A stretch of DNA of 64,000 bases from Heteronotia binoei (taxonomy: Eukaryota). The notes under the pieces are model-generated. The model was not told the origin of the DNA. It saw only the letters and a program-made list of their open reading frames with translations, and searched no databases. Position 1 is the stretch's first letter; each line of letters begins with the position of its first letter. Positions 50,550-62,533 of the stretch are shown in pieces. The stretch is from NCBI RefSeq assembly GCF_032191835.1, contig NC_083223.1, forward strand, positions 118,730,001 to 118,794,000. The letters are read 5' to 3'. The position numbers and the translations under genes are program-made.

Positions 50550-51451
50550 GGATAGCCCCTTTCCCATTCCCTTACCTAGCAAGCTATCTTCATAAGTAGC
50601 TGTGTCTTTCAAACTTTCATTTACAAGTAGGACATTTACTCAAATCCTAGATAGTTCCCCTAAAGGCTACCTGAAATACAACAAATGTCCTGGTGTCCTT
50701 GCTTGATGCTGAACTTGCATAGCTGCTCAACAAACTTGTCTGTCTGGCACATTTTTATCCCTTCCACCCCCCACTTTCTCCAAGGAGCTAAGGTTGTCTT
50801 ACTTAGCTTCCCTCCATTTTATTTTTATATCAACCCTCCGAGATAGCTTAGGGTGAGAGTGACTACGCAACGTGCCTTCTAGTAGCATTGGGTTTAGAAG
50901 GTGTAACTCAAATTAGCCAGGCAGTCTTAGTGAGTCTCATAGACTTTTTAAATAAATGCCTCTCATTCTATCCAGCCATGCCATTGGTAGAGCTGTCTTG
51001 TAATTACAAGTTACCAACTATAACTAAGGCTAGTTGTCCAGCTCCCTGCTATAGCCATTAGAACAATGGGGCTTGCTCTTCAATTTACAGAAGAGTGTGT
51101 ATACTTGAAGACTGGGTAATGTTACTGAAACTTTGGGTCAGCCTCATTTTAGAGGTGCATTCAACCATTTTAAATAATGCTGCAATGGCCTGATTCCCTT
51201 GGTGTGGTGGGATGAAGTGATCTTGTCACACATACATCCCTGCAGGCTTTTTCAAGTACTGAAACTGACCCTGATGTTTTGGCCTCTTAAGAAGGCATGG
51301 GGGGGGGGGGGCAAAATCACCTGGTCTCAGCATACAAAATTCTCATGGCAGTTTTAAACGGCTGAATTCATAAAAAAAAAAAGATGTCAGTGGTAACTGG
51401 AAAAAAGCCCACATGGAAAAAAGCTCATACAGAAAAAAGCCCACATGGAAA

Positions 51452-51764
51452 GAAGAAGATATTGGATTTATATCCTGCCCTCCACTCCAAAGAGTCTCAG
51501 AGCGGCTCACAATCTCCTTTATCTTCCTCCCCCACAACAGACACCCTGTGAGGTGGGTGGGGCTGGAGAGGGCTCTCACAGCAGCTGCCCTTTCAAGGAC
51601 AACCTCTGCCAGAGCTATGGCTGACCCAAGGCCATTCCAGCAGGTGCAAATGGAGGAGTGAGGAATCAAACCCGGTTCTCCCAGATAAGAGTCCGCACAC
51701 TTAACTACTACACCAATCTGGCCCATAAGAGTCTGCACACTTAACTACTACACCAATCTGGCCC
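51452..51764 (-). mobile_element. Squam3-like SINE with a duplicated 40-bp head
   Basis: 51685-51724 and 51725-51764 are near-identical tandem head copies. gcccacatggaaa repeats at 51439-51451 and 51761-51773 (TSD). Confidence 0.88.
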
Positions 51765-52284
51765 ACATGGAAAAATATTATGAGAATGAACATGTGTTAC
51801 CTATATTTTATATTGTTATTTTAGGATTAAAATATGTCACATTCATGTGCAACATTGTGTTGTGATTTTGGTAGCCTGGGACACCACCTCACCTACGGGG
51901 CACTGCTAGGTGTCCCCTCCCCCTGCCCCACCGCTCTCAGCTTCCCAGGTCACAGACCTGGGAAACTGAGAGATGCTGGACATCACGTTGGCGAGAACAC
52001 ACCCTACCTGGCTGCCCGGCTGCTCTCATCTTGAAAGCAAGAACAGATGAGCAGGATGCATTCTTCTTTTCCAAGCTTGACTTCCCTTGCAAGGGAAGCC
52101 GAGCTCAGAGGAGAAGAGTGCAACTGTCCCCACCCGGCTGCTCTTGCCTTTAAGCAAGAGCAACCGAGTGAGGCACCTTCTTCTCATCCAAGCTCTTGCA
52201 AGGGAAGCTGAGCTTCGAGGAAAAAATTGCACCCTGCCCCACAGGGCCTGGGCTGGCCACAAACACTGCCTAATGTACAGGAAG

Positions 52285-52620
52285 GTTGATCCAAGTGGGC
52301 AGCCGTGTTGGTCTAAAGCAATAGAACTAAGCAGTAGACAAGTGTACCTTTAAGACCAACTAAGTTTTATTCAGAATGTAAGCTTTCATATCCTCTAAGC
52401 AGACTTCATCAGACAAAAAAGGAATGGCAAGCAGTCCTAAATATAGAGAAAGTGGGTAGTGAGTTGGTATGTAGAGTCATGGAAATGTTTTTAGCAGATT
52501 AAAAGAATCACAAATTGGGGTCTGTGTTTGTTAGTGTTGTTAACTGGGCTAAAACAACAGTGGAGGGTGATAAAAAGCAGATAGATGTTGTAGGTGTGAA
52601 GGAAGGTTGTGATAGTTTGT
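52285..52620 (-). mobile_element. PLE-type 3' fragment (same family as 27719-27850) with a degenerate hammerhead at 52377-52415
   Basis: Reverse complement tgt-CTGATGA-agtctgcttagaggatat-GAAA-gc-TT-aca, followed by a pLTR tail homologous to 27758-27850. Confidence 0.65.
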
Positions 52621-55600
52621 GGCAAGCCCAGGCCTGGATCTCGGGCACCTCAGGATGGCTCCTGCGCCCCCCACCCATGCCAGCCCTGCCACCACATTCC
52701 CACCTGCAGGGAGGGCAGGCAAGGTGGCATGGCAGGGGAGTGCAGGGAGAGCTCTGGGCAAGCCATGCCCGCGCTCGCGGAAGCATTCTGAGATTGCCTT
52801 TCTTAGGGCAGTTTTGGAGTGCCTCTGAGAGGAGAATGCATCCTGCATGGCTGCTCTTGCCTTAAAGGTGGGAGCAGGCAGGGCCAGGTGCATTCTTCTT
52901 CTCTGAGCTCAGCTTCCCTTGCAAGGGAAGCCAAGCTTGGAGGAGGAGAAGGTGCCCCGCTTGGCTGCTCTTGCCTGAAGGTGAGAGCAGCCGGATGGGG
53001 CTGGGTGCACTCTTCTCTGAGCTCAACTTCCCTTGCAGGGGCAGCTGAGTTTGGAGAAGAATGCACCTGGCTCCACCTGCTCTTGCTTTCAAGGGAAACT
53101 GGGCTTTGAGAAAAGCCTCACCAACGCGCCATCCAGCAACTCTCAGCTTCCAGGGTCTATGATCTGGGAAGCCGAGAATGGCGAGCCGGGGGAAGGGGAT
53201 GCCTAGCGGCACCCAGTAAATGAGCGGGCACCCCAGGCCACCACCTACCTTTACTACTCCCATGCATCAGCCATGGACAATCCAGGTTCCTCTGCAGTCC
53301 ATCAAATAGCAAATCTGGAAATTATGAGAAACTATGAAGAACTATGGGATGCCGTCCACTTATACATCTTATACATTATATGTTAGCAGACATAGCACTA
53401 AAACTGTTAATTTTTATATACTATGGTTTTAATAATTGTTTAATGTTTTACTATAATACTGTTTTATAAAAGATTGTTGTATTTTAAAATGTTAAATTGC
53501 TGTTAGCCACCCTAAGCCTCTTTGCAGGGAGGGTGGGATACAAATAGAAATAAATAAATAAGTAAACAAATAATTTAGCAAAATTATTATTTAATTATAC
53601 TTGATAAAATCACAACACAAATTGTTGTTCGCGAATATGACATATTTTAATCCTAAAATAACATAGGTAATACCTGTTCATTCTCATAAATGGAGGTGAA
53701 TGGTTTCCCACAATTATAAATATCTATGGTGCTTTACATGGTATTTTCCCATGTAAGCTTCTTTCCGTGTGGGCTTTTTTCTCTATGGGCTTTTTCCATG
53801 CAAGCATTTTTCCTGTGAGCATTTATGACCATGGTTTTTTTTTCTGTGAGCTTTTTTTCTGTGGACTTTTTTCATGGAACAAGTGTCATCATCTGCTGGT
53901 TGAATCCCTGGACACCATAGTGTCTGGGTAGAGATTAAGGAATAAGGCTGGATATCACTGTTTGGTAATTGATTTAAATCTGTTGTTTTTTAAAAAAATA
54001 ATTCATACAAGACTGGCTACAAATTACTGTGCATTTTTGTTTCATAACAAACCATTCACCAAGAACACATAAAGCCTGTGGTTTCTATAAATTATGCCAA
54101 TTATCACATTTCTCTTATTTGGCATGATTTATCCTGCATTTGTTAGTCATAGGAAGGATCAAGAAACTATGCAGAGCAATGAAAGCATTTTGCTAATCTC
54201 TAAAAATGTTGCTGAAGCAACTTGATGTTTCAGCAGCCATTTTCCACAAATTTCCATTCACAAATCTTTGCCATCTTTAGAGCTAGAAACAATATTTAAT
54301 AAATGAGAACGTTAAGAAAGTTCCATGGAAGAATTACTTTTTTCCCCTCTTCCCTTTTGTCTTTTCTATGCCCCTATGGAAGCCTGGAGTACGCACAGCT
54401 GTTGTTGCTCAACAGACCTAGAGAAAAATGTTCTTAATGTAAGGAAGTGGGCAGCTGAAGCTTATCCTGGCATGGAGGTAAATAAAATCCCACCAAGCCT
54501 CTATTAAAAGGACAAGACATTTTTTCTCTCCAGTCATCTGGCAACCCTACACACAGGTCCACACTTAAAGAGGCAGAATGTACAGTGAACAGCATGCAAT
54601 AATATGCCACCCTTCATTTGCTATGATTCAAAGGCACTAGACAACATCCATTCCTCCATTCAAAAAAAAAAAAAAATCCCCAAAGAGCTGCAACTGTGGC
54701 ACTACCTTCAAAGTGACTCTTAGCAAGAAAAGCAGAAGCCCCAGCTGCATGCAATTACCACATCCACACAGACTAAACAAAGGGCTATTGCTCCCTCATC
54801 CTTCCCAATTTCAAAAGATAGAGAATCACTGGACAGGAGGAGTGTGCGTGAGTCAGACTTAGACCAGTGTAGCATCAGGATCCTTCAATCAGACTGAATC
54901 ACATAACTGAACATGTTAAGTACCACATCAGAACCCCAACTGAGTTGCAAAGTGATTACAAGTGACAGATAAAGACAACAAGAAAGGGAAAAGGAGGATG
55001 AGAGAGCTTGAGCCCTGTGGACATCTAAAAATACCCACACATTTTCTCTCTCCTACCTCCCTCCTCCCCCAGCACACTTTTCCTGCTTGGGTCTTATTTT
55101 TAGGGCTTTCCACTTGGGAAGAAGAAAGGGGTTTCTGTGCTCTTTGAAGCTTGTATGTGCTGCTCAGACAGGAAGCCTGAGCTTCTGTCAGTCAACAGCA
55201 CATGCAAAATTTATCAAGTATATTACTTGACACAGAGGTTACTCTGTCATTACTAACTAACAGGGGCCTGCCAGGGAATTTTTTTTATGGAAACATGTGC
55301 TGCCAAAGGCGAAGTGTCCATTGATTGATTGCCACAGCTGACCTAAATATACACGAATCACTATGTAATAAGCTCTTTATCATATATAAACCACCCAACT
55401 TAGGTTCAGATAAAATTAGGAGTCTTACCTACACCCCAAAGACCAAAAACTTAGCTTTTGTGATCACTTTCATTTGGGGGCTTACTCATACCCCATTCTG
55501 ACTACAAGAGGCATTTTTCCTATCTTTCTGATTTTTTAAAAAAAAAAAACCTTATTTTTTTTCAATTGCTTTATGTACTGCAAATAAATATTTTAAAGAT

Positions 55601-58520
55601 TTCATGTCCCTTATGCCTATTTATATCGGTTTGTATCCCTTTAATGAGAAAAAATTATGTGTTTCCTTGTCATCCAAATTAAAGCTCAGTTCAGATGTAA
55701 TGCAAACCCAGGATTTATTTTAACTGTGGTTAGTTCATGAAACCAAGATTTGACTAACAGTCATTCAGATCCTGCTTGGACTCAAACACTTCATTCTGGA
55801 CAGGTGCCTCTACTTCCAGGGGCAATACCAGCGAACAAACCAGCATTATGTCCAGTAACTCACCTGGATTCCCCACTTTCATTCTTTTCAAAGCTAGTCT
55901 CTAGGATTTCTAAATTAAGATATAGACAGCAAAATGTGAATACAGGTCTCTGCTTGTTTTATGGAAACATGTCTGTTCCACCTTCCCTTTGTTACCCAGT
56001 GAGAGAAGATGTGGCTATAATTGTAAGATCTACACCAGCAATTGGTAGCTCCACTGGAATTTTTCATTTAGACTTAGCTGCTAAAATGAAGTAATTTTAA
56101 GTCTTCTGCCTTCTTCTGAATTTCCAGGTTATCCCAAAACAGTAATGTAATAAAACTTGAGTATCCTTCCTTCTTATAAAATATCAAAAGGCAGTTTCCC
56201 AACTCTACCTATAAAACTGAGAGCAGCAGAAAAACAAAGTGATCTTTATATTGTTCAAAACTGGAAAATAACATCAGAAGGAGCCCAATTGGGTGGCATT
56301 GCCTAGCATAGGGAGGATATATAGTTAGTCTCTTGAGATTTGTAAGGCAACACATACTTAGAAAATTGATTTCCTTTATTACTATTTCATATATCATGAT
56401 ATATTCATCAGTAAAAATTTTAGAGACTGAATTTGGCTTTCCCAAAAACCTTAATAAAAGTGACTGGTTTGTAATAGTTTTCTTTTTACATAGCCCCGTT
56501 CTGGGATTTGGAGCCAGGATTTGGTAACACTTTGAATGCTCACAAAAACAGTAGCCTGCAGAAAGAGTGTTATTTCCACTACTTGATGATCATCCATATA
56601 CTGACCTTCAGCATATGTTTTCATTGAGCATGCCAGTAAAAAGTACATTCAGGTTCTTCAGACTTGGCATATAGCAGCAGTTTAGCCAACTGTCGGCAAG
56701 GAATCTGTGACAATGCTTCCTAAGGTTCAATTAACTGGCTACCGTTATGGACTGGTCTATTAATACTGAGCTTTCCAGTTAGGGTTTTTTTAATTGCTTG
56801 TGAAGGGAAGCTCTTAGACTCAATGCCACTTTGTTTCGTTGGGAGATATTTGAGATGTTTAAGGCTACAGTACTGCATACTTGTTTGGAAATTAATCCTA
56901 TTTAAATGGATAAGATTTACTTCAGAGTAAATTAGGCTGCTGTCTTATTCACACTTCATTAATGGGGATTTTCATAGAAATCAATGAAACCTCAGTGAAA
57001 TCAATAGGATAGCAGCCCAATTCTTACTTCATCTGACTACGAGGATTTTCCATTTCAGCTAAGACTAAGTACTACAAACTACAGTGGGTGAGCTTTGTAT
57101 AAATCTATCAAGGGTTTGAGATTTGGGAGGAAAACAAAGAAGAACATGCTAAATGGGAAACTCTACTTGTATGCTAATTGGATAGATATGGAGCCATATA
57201 TGGCTAGAAAAAGAAATCACTGGGCATAGTGCCTTGCTCCATCTATCTGTCTTCCAGACTGGTTTCATAAGAGAGACTAAGGCTGGATTCAGATGGGCTA
57301 TTTGGGCCAAAATAGGCACTTCCCCCAGGCAGATCGAAAAGTCAAGGTCAGACATGCACAGCTACTGCCCTTCCCCCCCTCACATTCACCCCATTCTCCA
57401 TTGTCTCTAAGAGACATCAAATAGCTACCAGTTGAGAAGTGGTAGCAAAGTCTTTTGCCACACTCCTGTATTTCCTGGCTTCTGAACACAGGAGCGTGCA
57501 AGCAAGGCAGATTGGCGGTGTGAATCTGCCAGTCCACTTTAGGTGCTCCCCAGTTGTTGTTTTTTTTAAAAATCACTGCCACAGAGTAGATGAGCACATA
57601 TGCACATGGCTACTTAAAATATAAGAGGAAAAAAACAAAACCCTAACTGCACTAAGGGAATGGCGCCCAACAACCATATGAATGCAGAGCCCCCCCCCCC
57701 CCCCGGTGCCTCCCATGGGAGTGTCTGATTGGGATTTGTCTGCTCCATTTCAGGGAACAGGCTACATGTGATGCCTCCCACACAAACAGAGCTGCAGGTC
57801 TAAATGCAGCTTAAGCTTCCATGCTCCATCTATTTATTGTCAAACCAATATCCATGGGATATTTTATTTAACCATTTTATACTCTGCCTTTCCTCATGGT
57901 TCAAGGTGGCTTACAATAATAGTTTAAAACATTTTCAGTTAAAACAACTGCTCCCCCCCAAATCTCCCACACACCTCTTAAAACATGCCTACCTTTCAAA
58001 CCCCCTCAAAAGCACTGGAAAAAATGCAGGCCTTGCAGCACCTCTTCAGGGACCATGTTTCACAGAGTAGAAGCCACTTGGGAAAAGGGCTCTGGTTGAT
58101 GCCAGACAGGCCACCCTAAGTGGTACAATAGCCAAGAGATGGTTGGAGATGGTCCTTCAAATATGTATACCCCAGATTGTGAGAGACACAAGCCCTTTCA
58201 TAAAATATTAGTTCTATGGATCATGGTGTTCATATGGTTGGCCAAGATGGTACTGTGGGGACAGTGCTCCAGTTGTTCCAGTGTTATCTGTCAAACAAAT
58301 ATCCATGGGAGTGTATCTCACACTGATTGAGGCCAAGTTATTTAAAAGATCACTTATTCCCATGCAAACCTATCTATAATTTAAGATCATCATCAATAGA
58401 TATCCTAGTTGGTGTACCCAAGTATTTAGTTGGAGGCCATTTGAAACTATATTGGTTGCTAGTTTGCTTCCAAGTTCAAATGCTGGTTGTGACGTTTAAA
58501 AGCCCTTTGTGGTCTAGGAC

Positions 58521-58990
58521 ACAACAACAACAACAACAACAAATTTTATTTGTATCCCGCCCTCCCCGCCGGAGCAGGCTCAGGGCGGCTAACAACATGG
58601 CTCAGAGCCAAATTATACAGGTGAATAAAACTACATCAAACATCAAACATTTAATTAAAATCTGGTTAGGCTTTAAAATTAAGTTAATTTTTTAAAAGTG
58701 CTAGTGCTAGTGCTAGACACACATATATAAAGAACAATTTCTCTCTATATGTCCCTATGTACCAACTTCAGTCTTCTGGTTGGGAACATTGGGAACATAT
58801 ATCCTTATAGCAGAGACAGTGTAATAATACGTAATCAACTGTCTCAGCTTTTCCCATTTGACATGGACAAACCTGTTGAGAATATGGAATGTGAAAATAT
58901 CTACCATCCAGAAAAGCTGAAGGCAAGGCATTGAAATGTGCCAAAGCAAAGGTTCTCCAGTATTTATCAATTTCTAAGGCATGATAGTCT
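58521..58990 (-). mobile_element. L2-type tail plus a decayed non-LTR ORF2 C-terminal remnant
   Basis: (caa)n plus gtatcccgccctcc...cagggcggctaac tail. 58768-58998 encodes FALAHFNALPSAFLDGRY...CPC...ETVDYVLLHC, a Cys/His C-terminal motif of non-LTR ORF2. Confidence 0.55.
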
Positions 58991-59027
58991 GCAGGCAAGT
59001 AACAATAACAACATGCTATGTTGCAGT

Positions 59028-60273
59028 CAGGGGCGTAGCTAGGGCTTTGGGGGCCTGGGGCCCAAGATTTATGTGGGCCCCCCTATGTGTGTGCACGCCG
59101 CCAGAAACAGGATATGATGTCACTTCCGGTGATGTCACTTCCGCAAGATGGCCACCACAGATAAGAATTCACTTACCGAGTTGTAAACTCAGAAGGCATT
59201 TAAAGTTTAAATCCCTTCTGAGTTCACTTGACATGACTTGGCAAGTAAACTCAGCAAGTTTTCCAAATGTGTGCCCAAGTCCCAATATAATACCAATATT
59301 GGTATTTGGGAAAACTAATGTTTTTCATATCCTGAATTGGAAAAAAAACATTTTTTGCATGCCCCTTGAGTGAGGTGAGACACTTGATGCTTAAGAATAG
59401 GCAATAAGCACATTTGCAAGCTTCATACAAGCTTGTATGTGAGGCACATAGTCGTGGCCTTGTTGCCTGGAGTTGCCTTTGCCATGGCAACCCAAAACAG
59501 CACTGGAGAGTTCCCAGGACTACCTTCATGAGACTCTGCTAGCATGTGATACTTTAAAAAAAGGGTTAAGTTGTTTTGTGAATTCCACATCACTCTCTAG
59601 GACAGTGGTCCCCAACCTTCTTGGTACCGGGGACTGGCATCAGGGCTGACTCACCCACCACTGCCCCAGGGCTGGCAGAGTGGGAGCACAAAATTTGCCT
59701 CCACCCCCCGTGCCGCAGTCTCGTCACCTGCCCCCCCCCTCCCGCCACCATCTTCCCTCTCTCCCCAGCACTGCAATGCAGCATGGTGCTCTGTCATTAT
59801 CACCCTCCCTCCCTCCCATCGCGCCGAGCCAAGCAGCGCAGAAACTGGACCTTACCAGCTTCACTGTAGCCGCGTCATCTAACACTTTGGAGTTCGCGCG
59901 AGAGAAGACCTCCTTCCCTCCTTCCTGGAACCGGAAGTGAGGGGGGAGAAGTCTTCTCTTGTGCGAACTTCAAAGTGTTAAATGGCACGGCCGCAGCGAA
60001 GCGTTTTGCGGCGCTAAAATGTTTCCGGGCAGGCAGAGCGAGCGAGCGAGCGCGAGGAGAAAAGGCGGCGCGGGGAAGCTGCCTGCCTCACTTTACTTGC
60101 GGGGCTCTCGCGGGGAGGACGGCCGAGCACGAGGGGCCCTTCTGCGTCGCCCGGCGAACTTCGCGCCAACTTGCAGCTGGCGGCAGGTGAGCGGGGACCC
60201 CCCCTTGGCAATGCGGGGCCCCCCCCAGACCCCCCAGACCTGGGGCGACCTGCCCCCCCTCCCTACACCACTG
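59028..60273. mobile_element. 1246-bp non-autonomous hAT element with a CpG-rich interior
   Basis: Ends caggggcgtagc / ctacaccactg with a perfect 8-bp TSD gttgcagt (59020-59027, 60274-60281). A second hAT-type end cagtggtccccaacc is nested at 59603. Confidence 0.85.
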
Positions 60274-60559
60274 GTTGCAGTGTCATACCACTGCAAGCAC
60301 ATCCTATCAGAGTAAAGAGCCAGGTCCTAGATCTGTTGCTTAGTTATTTCTTTGGCTTTCATGAAGCCCAGGGCTTTTTTTGAGCTAGAACACACCAGAA
60401 AGCCATTCCGGCTGGCATGGGCAGCATTCCAGCTGCCATGGCCAGCATTCTGGCTCAGCCCAGGCAGCTTCAGGGGGCCCAGCTGCATTTGCACAGCAGC
60501 TTCATGATGTCCCGCTGGCCAGCAAAGTCAGGAGGCCCTGCTGCACTGAGTTGAGATGA

Positions 60560-60852
60560 NNNNNNNNNNNNNNNNNNNNNNNNNNNNNNNNNNNNNNNNN
60601 NNNNNNNNNNNNNNNNNNNNNNNNNNNNNNNNNNNNNNNNNNNNNNNNNNNNNNNNNNNNNNNNNNNNNNNNNNNNNNNNNNNNNNNNNNNNNNNNNNNN
60701 NNNNNNNNNNNNNNNNNNNNNNNNNNNNNNNNNNNNNNNNNNNNNNNNNNNNNNNNNNNNNNNNNNNNNNNNNNNNNNNNNNNNNNNNNNNNNNNNNNNN
60801 NNNNNNNNNNNNNNNNNNNNNNNNNNNNNNNNNNNNNNNNNNNNNNNNNNNN
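60560..60852. other. Assembly gap (N run)
   Basis: 293 consecutive N. Confidence 1.
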
Positions 60853-60917
60853 CTACTAAAGGACTGCTGCTTTGAAGGTCTGGTGGGAGCAGCTGCAGCT
60901 TTGAGAGGCAGGGGTGG

Positions 60918-62256
60918 TGTGAGAAAAATACCCCTAATTTCAGAACATCGTAGTCACCCGTTTGGTTGCCAGGTACCTGGAGAATTCACTCACACACATC
61001 TGCCAGGAGAACTTGGGTTTTGTCTACCAGAATGTAAGGGACTTATGTGAGTACTAACAGCCACAACGTTGCAGCAGCACTTGGTATCTCTAGAAGAGTG
61101 CTAACCAGGAGGACAGATGGGTTTCCAGCCGCTCCGTGCGTGCACCATCTTGGCCGTTGCAGTGGAAGAAGTTGTGCCGCCAGGAACTGTCGGGCAAGTG
61201 GATTCCAGCCTTGGCCATAGAATCCATATTGGTAGGCTAACATCATCAGCAACTATCTTCCTGCAGTGCCAGACTCCATGACAGCGAAGCGGGAGGCTCA
61301 CGTACTCAACAGATGTCACCTATGCATTAGGCAATCAAGCTTATCTTAGGCGTGGATCCTGTCAGACTGTCTAAAGCCTTTGTCCAACAGAACACAAGAT
61401 AAAGGATGGTGCCAGTAGAGGAATGAAGAAGAGGAAGAACATCTTCATCCACAGCCAAGCTTCTTTGTATAGATCGTGTGTTACCTTAGGTAGTAGTTTG
61501 GCCATCTATTGTCACTTTTTAGATAAGTTTTGATAGCCTTTTAATCACTTCTACCCCAATAATTTCACCCATTCTTTCCCTTAATGGTCTTCCTGGAGCC
61601 TCCCCCTTTTGGCCCATTGTTACCTGGAAGTCCAATCAAGTAACCAGGGCCAGGTCTGCTCATTGGCCAGGAATGGGCATCCAATCAGGTGCCCCCAATA
61701 AACTGGCCATTGGCTACCGCACAAGTCCAGCCCTTATGATCATTGTGGAGCCTCCCCTTTTTCTGAGGTCATGTACCAGCTGACCACCTGTCATCCGCCC
61801 CTGTACCGCCTACCCCCTAAGGGCTCAAGGTAGCCCTTATAACCACAGTCCCAACTCCCCACAGTTGCGCATCTAGCAGTACTGTTTAGATACATCCCCG
61901 ATTCTTGGCCAGTTGAGGGTTCCCTTCCCCATAGTCCTTGTTTGTCGCCATTGGAGCCTTCCTTGAAGACTACGATCGGTAATTATCACCTTGTTTGTCC
62001 ATCCTTATGTTACCTCTATGCATTTCTCTCTATTTTTATTAGAACTGTATGTGTGTTGTATGTATCCATTACCTTGCATGTGTGTTCAATAATTTCTGTA
62101 ATAAATGTGTATTGTTTTACTTAATTAGTGTCCTTGGTAAATTTAGCAATAATTTCTGGAAGTGGAATCCTGTATACATAGATTCTAGGTCCTTTTAAAG
62201 CCAAAGTTGCCCACCTGTCAATTCCCCAACCTCTATTGAGGGCATCTTGGCTTACA
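60918..62256 (+). mobile_element. Solo LTR (1339 bp), same family as 22807-24053
   Basis: tgtgag...gcttaca ends with 4-bp TSD gtgg (60914-60917, 62257-62260). CCAAT boxes ~61630-61715, cttataa 61836-61842, donor g|gtaatt at 61979, AATAAA 62100-62105. Identical blocks with the other copy: atcaagcttatct, ccttgaagactacga, cctgtatacatagattct. Confidence 0.85.
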
Positions 62257-62269
62257 GTGGCAGTGGGGG

Positions 62270-62470
62270 ACAGGAGCCGGCTACCACCAGTTCCACTTGC
62301 ACTTGATTATCCCAGCTGGTGTGGCCTAATATGCTAATGAGTGTATGGCCTAATATGCTAATAAATTAATATGCTAATATTAGGGGGTGTGGTCTAATAT
62401 GCTAAAATTAGGGGATGTAGTCTAATATGCTAATGAGTTCCTGCTGGGCTTTTTCTATTGAAAAAGCCTG
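62270..62470. repeat. MITE fragment with five tandem taatatgctaa(t) motifs
   Basis: atgctaa(t) at 62331, 62355, 62371, 62399 and 62427. Homologous to 36035-36180. Confidence 0.75.
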
Positions 62471-62533
62471 GAGGAAGCCTAGCTGTAACAAGGCGGGGGG
62501 GGGGGGGGAGAAGCCATACATTTGTAATTTTTC

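Larger units (their letters stand above)
51383..53890. mobile_element. ~2.5-kb foldback-type element with long modular inverted arms
   Basis: 51778-51867 matches rc of 53600-53700 and 51868-52000 matches rc of 53105-53250. aaaaagcccacatgg subrepeats occur at both ends. Internal palindromic modules cttcccttgcaagggaag. Confidence 0.65.

Noticed and set aside
55750-56094. 114-aa plus-strand ORF
   Set aside because: Alternative start codon, no recognisable domain, and within the random expectation.
59820-60260. CpG-island host promoter with ETS motif and divergent first-exon donors
   Set aside because: It lies wholly inside a hAT element bounded by TIRs and a perfect 8-bp TSD (59028-60273), so the CpG richness is explained by the TE. 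Kept only as a TE-cargo finding.
60556-61050. 164-aa ORF in the ORF track
   Set aside because: An artefact of translation through the N gap.
1330-62508. Long C/G homopolymer runs (1330, 8511, 57690, 62494) as G-quadruplex elements
   Set aside because: Mostly MITE-internal homopolymers of unreliable assembled length, with no further support.
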